Positions 58,418-64,000 of a stretch of DNA of 64,000 nt are shown here, in pieces. Every line of letters begins with the position of its first letter. Positions within the stretch are counted from its first letter, which is position 1. Source of the DNA: Polyangiaceae bacterium (lineage in GTDB: Bacteria > Myxococcota_A > Polyangia > Polyangiales > Polyangiaceae). Under the pieces are notes generated by a model. It ran no database searches, was not told the origin of the DNA, and was given only the letters and a program-made list of their open reading frames with translations. The stretch covers positions 224,001-288,000 of the forward strand of contig CBDCTZ010000005.1 in the NCBI GenBank assembly GCA_965222375.1, read 5' to 3'. Made by a program: the position numbers and the translations under genes.

Positions 58418-60049
58418 ATGAAACTCGCGGCATCGGAAATCTCGAAGCGCATGGCTCATCTCTCAGACGATCAAGTCCTGGCGAACTTGGGCAGCGTGAT
58501 TGGCTCGCGGCGCAAGATCACTGCACAGCTCGTGGCTTATCTCGGCGAGGTCGAGGCGCGGCGGTTGGAGCTCCGGGAGGCGTGCTCCTCCATGTACGAG
58601 TTCTGCTGCCGCAAGCTGAAGCTCAGCGAGGGCAGCGCTCATCGGCACATTGCGGCGGCTCGGGTTGCGCGCAGCTATCCAATAGTTCTCGACCTGCTGC
58701 GAGAGGGGCGGATCCACGTGACGGCGCTCAGCATGCTGCGGACGTATTTGGACGAAGAAAACCACGCCGAACTGCTCGCGGCGGCCTGCGACAAGAGCAA
58801 AGCCGAAGTCGAGTTGCTCATTCGCTCACGGTTTCCGAAGAAGGACGTGGCAGATTCGATTTGCCCGGTGCCCGTGCAAGCTCGGTTCGGAGGCGATGCC
58901 GCCGCTGCGGGCCACTCAGTTGGCGCCGCTGTGGGCCGATCGTTTGCCGCGGACCAGGAGCCGGCAACAGTTGACATGCACGAACCCAGGCCCCACGTGT
59001 CACCCCTATCCGCAGAGCGTTTTCACATCCAGTTTTCCGCAAACACCTCCCTCAAGGACAAGCTCGAGCGTGCCCTCGATTTGATGAGTCACTCGAATCC
59101 GAAACGAGATCTGGCAACAGTCATCGAGCGTGGGCTCGACCTGGTGCTGGCAGATCTGGAGAAGAAGAAGCTCAGCAAGACCAAGCACCCGAAACGGAGT
59201 CGCGGCACCAAGCACGGTGACTTCTCGCGCCAGGCCCGCCGAGAAATCTACGAGCGCGACGGCGAGCAGTGCACGTATGTGTCGCCGAGTGGCGAGCGCT
59301 GCCGGGCGAGAGCGTTCGTGCAACTCGACCACGAAAACCCGCGCGCCTGTGGTGGCGCTGGCACGACTGACAACGGGCGTCTGCTATGCCGGGCGCACAA
59401 CTTGTTCGAGGCCGAGAAGGTGTTCGGGCGACCGTTCATCGAGAGCAGAATTCGCGTTCGCCAGCAGAGGTTGGACTGCGAATCTCGGCGCGCACACGAA
59501 GAGAGCAGCGTTGTCTCGGCGGGCGCTGGGGTCGGGCCGGAGGCACCTGAACAGAACGACGCCGAAGACGCTATCGAACCGGATTCCGCGGGCGGCGTAA
59601 TTCGCCTTCGCCAGCAGAGGTTGGACCTCGACTCGCGGCACGGGCATGGCCCGACAAGTGGCGGAGGCAACGCTGACCTGCCCACGCTGATCGACGCGCC
59701 GAGCTGCCGCCCACGTGACGCTGATGAAACCGCGACATCCAAACCATTTGGCTGCGCCTCGGACGAGTTCCGCGCCAGTCAATCACTCGGCCATCTGGAG
59801 CACGTAGCGGACGCTGCTGCGGAGTCGGAGACGGAGCTCTTGCCGAGGGGCGAAGTGCGTGACGAAGCCCGCGTGGACTCGGCCGAGATGAAATCCAAGC
59901 TTGTCAGCGCACTCACGAACATGGGCTTTCGGCAACGAGAGTCGAAGAAAGCCGTAGCCACGCTGGCGTGGCGAGATGACAGCCGCAGCCAGAGCGCCGA
60001 GCACCTGGCTGCCCTCGTGCGACGGGCACTCGCAATTCTGGTCCCGTAG
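58418..60049 (+). CDS. HNH endonuclease with DUF222-like N-region, low-complexity tail and RuvA-C-like end
   Basis: RDGEQC...C...LDHENP...GG...NGRLLCRAHN; C-terminus SALTNMGFRQRESKKAV...LVRRAL. Confidence 0.88.
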   Translation: MKLAASEISKRMAHLSDDQVLANLGSVIGSRRKITAQLVAYLGEVEARRLELREACSSMYEFCCRKLKLSEGSAHRHIAAARVARSYPIVLDLLREGRIHVTALSMLRTYLDEENHAELLAAACDKSKAEVELLIRSRFPKKDVADSICPVPVQARFGGDAAAAGHSVGAAVGRSFAADQEPATVDMHEPRPHVSPLSAERFHIQFSANTSLKDKLERALDLMSHSNPKRDLATVIERGLDLVLADLEKKKLSKTKHPKRSRGTKHGDFSRQARREIYERDGEQCTYVSPSGERCRARAFVQLDHENPRACGGAGTTDNGRLLCRAHNLFEAEKVFGRPFIESRIRVRQQRLDCESRRAHEESSVVSAGAGVGPEAPEQNDAEDAIEPDSAGGVIRLRQQRLDLDSRHGHGPTSGGGNADLPTLIDAPSCRPRDADETATSKPFGCASDEFRASQSLGHLEHVADAAAESETELLPRGEVRDEARVDSAEMKSKLVSALTNMGFRQRESKKAVATLAWRDDSRSQSAEHLAALVRRALAILVP

Positions 60050-60144
60050 CGGGCTCCTACAACGGACCGGCGCCGTTCGAGTCTCTGCCGCGAGCGGCCG
60101 ATGCCGCTATCTTGCTGTGGCCCGACTCAGATGTGTTGAATGCG

Positions 60145-61161
60145 TCAATCCGCGTTGATGATGACGACATACTCAGCTAGGGCGTTCGCGAAGCCCCCCG
60201 GTTCGCCGGTGATCCCCAAGTGGGGTCCGTAGCGCAGCACCAGCGACTGGCGCAAGGTGCGACTCTTCGCAAGCACGGCCGGAACCGCCGTTCGTGCAGT
60301 GGCTCCAGCGACCATGGCGGTCTCGGCGTCGCTGAGTGCAACGCCACCGCTCACGACAAGGTCGATGCCACGCCGGTTCGGCAGCACGGGGCCGGAGCAG
60401 GTGCTCTCTATGTTCTGAGTGTCCCAGCTGGGCGGGTACGTGACCTTCCCGAGCCCCTGCCAGATGATGCCGGCACCGAAGAGAGTGAGACCGGTGGTAG
60501 CGTCAACAGCGGCCACGCCTCCAACGTCGTGATTGCGTTCCACGAAGACCCAAGCATCGCTCGGCGTCGGTCCGGTATAGAGATCGCCACTTCCGTAGGT
60601 AGTGTCGGCGTCGGCCGTGGCTCGCACGGCAGCTTCATTTGGCGGCCCGATAGGACCGCAGACGAAAGTGTGAGAGACGACCTGTAGCGTCGAGAACTTC
60701 AAGCGGAGGACGGCGGTGCAGCCTCCTGTGGGAGGCAGCGCCTGAGCCAACGCGTCCGAAATCGCCGAGCAGTCCTTGGTACCGACACAAACGCCTGCCG
60801 TACAGTCCTTCGAACAGGCCCACGCGCCAGTGCCAGGCGGACAGGTGCAGGTGGAGGGTGCGCAGACGGCGAGGTCACACTTCATTCCGGCAACGCAGGA
60901 GCCAGGGGTACATCCTGCGGGATTCAGTCCTGCACACTTGGCACCCGGCACACCGCCGCTGCCAGCCTGACCTCCGTTGCCCGACTGGCCAGCGCCACCT
61001 CCGCCCGAACTCCCCCCGCTTCCGGCGTCGACGCCCGATTGCCCACCTCCACCGGACTGCCCTGCGGCGCCACCCGTGCCGCTGGGCGCCTCCTTACCGT
61101 CATCGGTGCTGCAGCCAACGGCAAGCAGGCCACACACTAGCAAGTACGAGGAGCGCGTCAC
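60145..61161 (-). CDS. Cys-rich lipoprotein (tandem paralog 2)
   Basis: Lipobox AVGC; colinear similarity to 61225-62238; ends AEYVVIINAD. Confidence 0.85.
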   Translation of the reverse strand: MTRSSYLLVCGLLAVGCSTDDGKEAPSGTGGAAGQSGGGGQSGVDAGSGGSSGGGGAGQSGNGGQAGSGGVPGAKCAGLNPAGCTPGSCVAGMKCDLAVCAPSTCTCPPGTGAWACSKDCTAGVCVGTKDCSAISDALAQALPPTGGCTAVLRLKFSTLQVVSHTFVCGPIGPPNEAAVRATADADTTYGSGDLYTGPTPSDAWVFVERNHDVGGVAAVDATTGLTLFGAGIIWQGLGKVTYPPSWDTQNIESTCSGPVLPNRRGIDLVVSGGVALSDAETAMVAGATARTAVPAVLAKSRTLRQSLVLRYGPHLGITGEPGGFANALAEYVVIINAD

Positions 61162-61224
61162 CACGAACTCCAAGCGGCGCCGAAGGCACTACATGAATGC
61201 TCCTTCGCGTTGTTCATGTGTGGG

Positions 61225-62238
61225 TCAATCCGCGTTCATGATGACGACATACTCTGCCACGTCGTTCTTGAAATTGCCTGGCTGGCCAGTGAAGCCCAAG
61301 CCCGGCCCATACCGCAGCACGAGGGACTCACGCAAAGTGCGACCTTGGGCCAATGCGGCAGGCAGGGCGGTACGCGCAACCGCTGCGGCGGCCATCAGAG
61401 TTTCTGCCGCCCCGAGTACTGAGCCGTTCCCGGTAAGGTCAATGCCTCGCAGCGCGGGAAGGGCAGGCCCCGCGCAGGTGCTATCGATGTTTTTCGTTTC
61501 CCAGCTGGATGGGTAGGTGACCTTCCCGAGTCCCAGCCAGTGGATGATACCACCGAATACCGTCAGACCGGTCCGAGCGCTGACCGCTGCCACGCCCCCA
61601 AGGTCGTTGTTCCGTTCCACGAACACCCACGCATCGGGCGGGCTTGCTCCTGACAGGAGTTCCCCGTTGCCGTAACCAGTGTCTGTCTGGGCGGTCGCCC
61701 GCGCGGCGGTCTCATCGGGGACCGCGCCAGGCCCACAGAAGAAAGCGTGTGAGACAACTTGCAGTGTCAAGAAGCGCAAACGGACGACGGCGGTGCAGCC
61801 GCCCGTGGTGGGGAGTGCCTTGGCCAGGTCACTTGCGATCGCAGAACAGTCTTTGGTGCCGACGCAGACTCCGGCCTGGCAGTCTTTCGCGCAGGCCCAG
61901 GCACCGGTCGGACAGCTGCAGCTGGATGGCGCACACGGCCCGAGGTCACACTTTGTTCCCGTCGCACAGGTTCCCAGTGTGCAGCCCGCAGGATTGAGCC
62001 CAGGACACGTGGGGCCCAAACCGCCTCCGCTCCCTGCCTGGCCAGCGCTTCCTGCTTGACCGGCGATGCCACCGCTGGAACCGCCGGCGGTGCCGGCCTG
62101 GCCACCCGAGTTGCCTCCGCCACTTGCCTGGCCAGCGGACGCACCGGTGCCGCTGCTCGGCGGCTCGCCGCCATCAGTGCTGCAACTTGCGGCAACCGTC
62201 ACCAGTGCGGCCGCGAACAGTGAGGGTAGAGCTCGCAT
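61225..62238 (-). CDS. Cys-rich lipoprotein (tandem paralog 1)
   Basis: Lipobox AASC; GGAG RBS; ends AEYVVIMNAD. Confidence 0.85.
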   Translation of the reverse strand: MRALPSLFAAALVTVAASCSTDGGEPPSSGTGASAGQASGGGNSGGQAGTAGGSSGGIAGQAGSAGQAGSGGGLGPTCPGLNPAGCTLGTCATGTKCDLGPCAPSSCSCPTGAWACAKDCQAGVCVGTKDCSAIASDLAKALPTTGGCTAVVRLRFLTLQVVSHAFFCGPGAVPDETAARATAQTDTGYGNGELLSGASPPDAWVFVERNNDLGGVAAVSARTGLTVFGGIIHWLGLGKVTYPSSWETKNIDSTCAGPALPALRGIDLTGNGSVLGAAETLMAAAAVARTALPAALAQGRTLRESLVLRYGPGLGFTGQPGNFKNDVAEYVVIMNAD

Positions 62239-62528
62239 CACAGTGAACTCCACGCAGCGTCGAAAGTTGTGCCGGTAAGTCCGTTCCAGCTTCCAACATT
62301 CATCTTCAGGGCATGGTCCTTCTGGCTGTGGGCACAAAGCCGTGAAAGGCTGCGCACCACTCGAAGACTAGCGTACCCGTGCCGACTACGCCTGACCCAG
62401 GCTTGCTCAAACGGTCAGAGTTACCCGCGGGCAGGGTGCCCGCGCGCTACAGCTCGCCGGATGGAAAAATTCCCTCGCTGGGGAACTTTTGGTCAGGTCG
62501 CGCGTCAGTACGGGCGGGAGGCGAACAA

Positions 62529-62903
62529 ATGTTGGCGGTTGCAGGTGGAATTGTGTTGGGCGTGGTGGCACTAGCGGTCTTGTCGATGGTAGTTTCGTTT
62601 GTTCACCACGTTATTGGGTGGGACACTGTATTCGTGCTCGGGCTGGGCGGCCTTGCGCTGGCAGGCGTTTTCTTTCTTGCTCGGAGCTCGCCGCCCAACC
62701 CCGCGCAGTCTGTTCCTGCAGGCCCCCCGGGCCCTGAAGCTGGCTTCACACACAAGTGCCTTCCTGATGGCTCGCACGTGTACGTCAGCTACGACAAACA
62801 CGGCCGGATAATTGGTTCACCCAAGAAAGCAGCCTGGAAGTTCCAGTCATGCCGCGACCCGAACTTCGTTGTGCTGAACGGCAGGGTGGTTGACCTCACG
62901 TAG
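62529..62903 (+). CDS. Small membrane protein
   Basis: GGGAGG RBS, two hydrophobic helices, short soluble domain. Confidence 0.6.
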   Translation: MLAVAGGIVLGVVALAVLSMVVSFVHHVIGWDTVFVLGLGGLALAGVFFLARSSPPNPAQSVPAGPPGPEAGFTHKCLPDGSHVYVSYDKHGRIIGSPKKAAWKFQSCRDPNFVVLNGRVVDLT

Positions 62904-63331
62904 CAAAGAACCTGTAGCCAACTGGCACCGAGCCGCGCTCGTGGGCGACACCCCACGCTCGCATCATTGCCGCCGCCCCTTTTGCATCGGAGGGCTGCCG
63001 CCGGTGCTCTGCACAGCTGATGGATTGCTCGATGGATTGGTTTGCGTAGGCCTGCCGGTGGTCCTGCTGGTCCTGTTCTTCTTCGCCGGGGTAATTTGGG
63101 TGGCCAGGCTTGGCGCCGGGCATGCTCGCAGGCGCTCGCCGACGCCGACATCAACGCCCAGCAAGCGACAGCGCTCGCCGGACATGCCTCGCTTGCGGCC
63201 CATGCGCGCTGCCTCGCCAACAGTGCCAGGCTCCGGAGGCTGCCCGCTGCGGCCCCGCCCGACCTGGGACTTCTGCCCGCTACGCGGACAGAAGTCGATC
63301 CGGCCGAAAACGAAAACGGCTTGTTTTCCAG

Positions 63332-63403
63332 TGGGCGGAACAGGGGTCGAACCTGCGACATCCGGCTTGTAAGGCCAGCGCTCTACCGCTGAGCTATCCG
63401 CCC
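63332..63403 (-). tRNA. tRNA-Val (anticodon TAC), CCA not encoded
   Basis: GGGCGGATAGCTCAGCGGTAGAGCGCTGGCCTTACAAGCCGGATGTCGCAGGTTCGACCCCTGTTCCGCCCA folds as a cloverleaf with a TTCGA T-loop. Confidence 0.97.
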
Positions 63404-63511
63404 GCTGGCTGAATTAGTCGAGACCGGGGGGATGGGCAAGCCCTTGCCCGCGGTTAGTCCAAAACCCCTGACGGAGTGGCAACTCGAAGCGAAACGAGCT
63501 TCTGCCCGCGG

Positions 63512-64000
63512 CTAGTCCAAAAACTCCTGACGAGGTGGCCGCCAAGATGGAACGAACTTGGGGCAGGCTCCGAGCTTTTCTGGAAGCTCGACCTCGGCGA
63601 AGTCGATGCCTTCGGTGCGGTCGAAGCGGAGATCGCCAACGACGAGACCGCCGTCGCTCTCCAGCCAAAACGGCGCGCGGGCGAAGCGCAGGTAGGTCGC
63701 GAAGTCACAACGCTTGGCCAACCTCGACAGCTCGGCGACAGGGACGGACCATTGCTTGCCCCAAGACACGCGGCGGTCGGACGCGGCAGTGACTTCCACC
63801 AGCGGGGCCGAGGTGGGCAATCGGTAGCTGGGACAGCGCTCGGCGGCATTCATGTCGAACAGGGGCGCCATCATGCCTCGACGCAAGACCAGGCTGGGGC
63901 CGGGGCCACGGCTGACGAAGACGCCGGCCCAACACGCGGGATTGCCCGGCATGGGCCACAGGGCGGCGTCCACGAGTGTCTCCGCTGGGAAATGGGTCGC
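63512..64000 (-). CDS. C-terminal part of a gene starting outside the window, possibly a YdjM-like metal-dependent hydrolase
   Basis: Open frame to the window edge; YLRFARAPFW...GDLRFD resembles the C-region of that family. Confidence 0.55.
   Translation of the reverse strand, partial: ATHFPAETLVDAALWPMPGNPACWAGVFVSRGPGPSLVLRRGMMAPLFDMNAAERCPSYRLPTSAPLVEVTAASDRRVSWGKQWSVPVAELSRLAKRCDFATYLRFARAPFWLESDGGLVVGDLRFDRTEGIDFAEVELPEKLGACPKFVPSWRPPRQEFLD

Noticed and set aside
55866..63331. Prophage or ICE at tRNA-Val
   Set aside because: No integrase, phage or conjugation genes and no duplicated tRNA 3' end seen in the window

Overview
High-GC bacterial DNA whose gene content (many lipoproteins with Gly/Ser-rich linkers and Cys-rich modules) suggests Myxococcota, probably Polyangiales-like; this is inferred from gene content only. 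The window holds about 45 intact CDSs, including rhlE-like helicase, TreT-like glycosyltransferase, PAS hybrid kinase, tesB, a TetR operon, beta-CASP RNase, ald, nitrilase plus GNAT-nitrilase and GST. It also holds several decayed genes, a complete IS50-like IS4 element with 19-bp ends and a 9-bp target duplication, an HNH endonuclease locus and tRNA-Val(TAC). Main signals: (1) two adjacent co-oriented lipoprotein genes (3687-6352, minus strand), each split by an in-frame TGA exactly at the first Cys of a thioredoxin-type CxxC motif (T-U-P-S-C, W-U-P-P-C) and each followed by a SECIS-like hairpin with loop AGUU(G/U), i.e. a probable exported selenoprotein pair missed by the ORF track; (2) an HNH gene whose 3' segment motif (AATTCGCSTYCGCCAG, 'IRLRQ') recurs twice upstream and twice inside the gene, with a structured leader; (3) a GNAT-nitrilase fusion lacking its catalytic Glu and Cys beside an intact nitrilase; (4) somatomedin-B-like modules fused to an exported PPDK-type ATP-grasp protein and a SpoIID-like enzyme. 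All family calls come from motif recognition by eye; no database searches were run.
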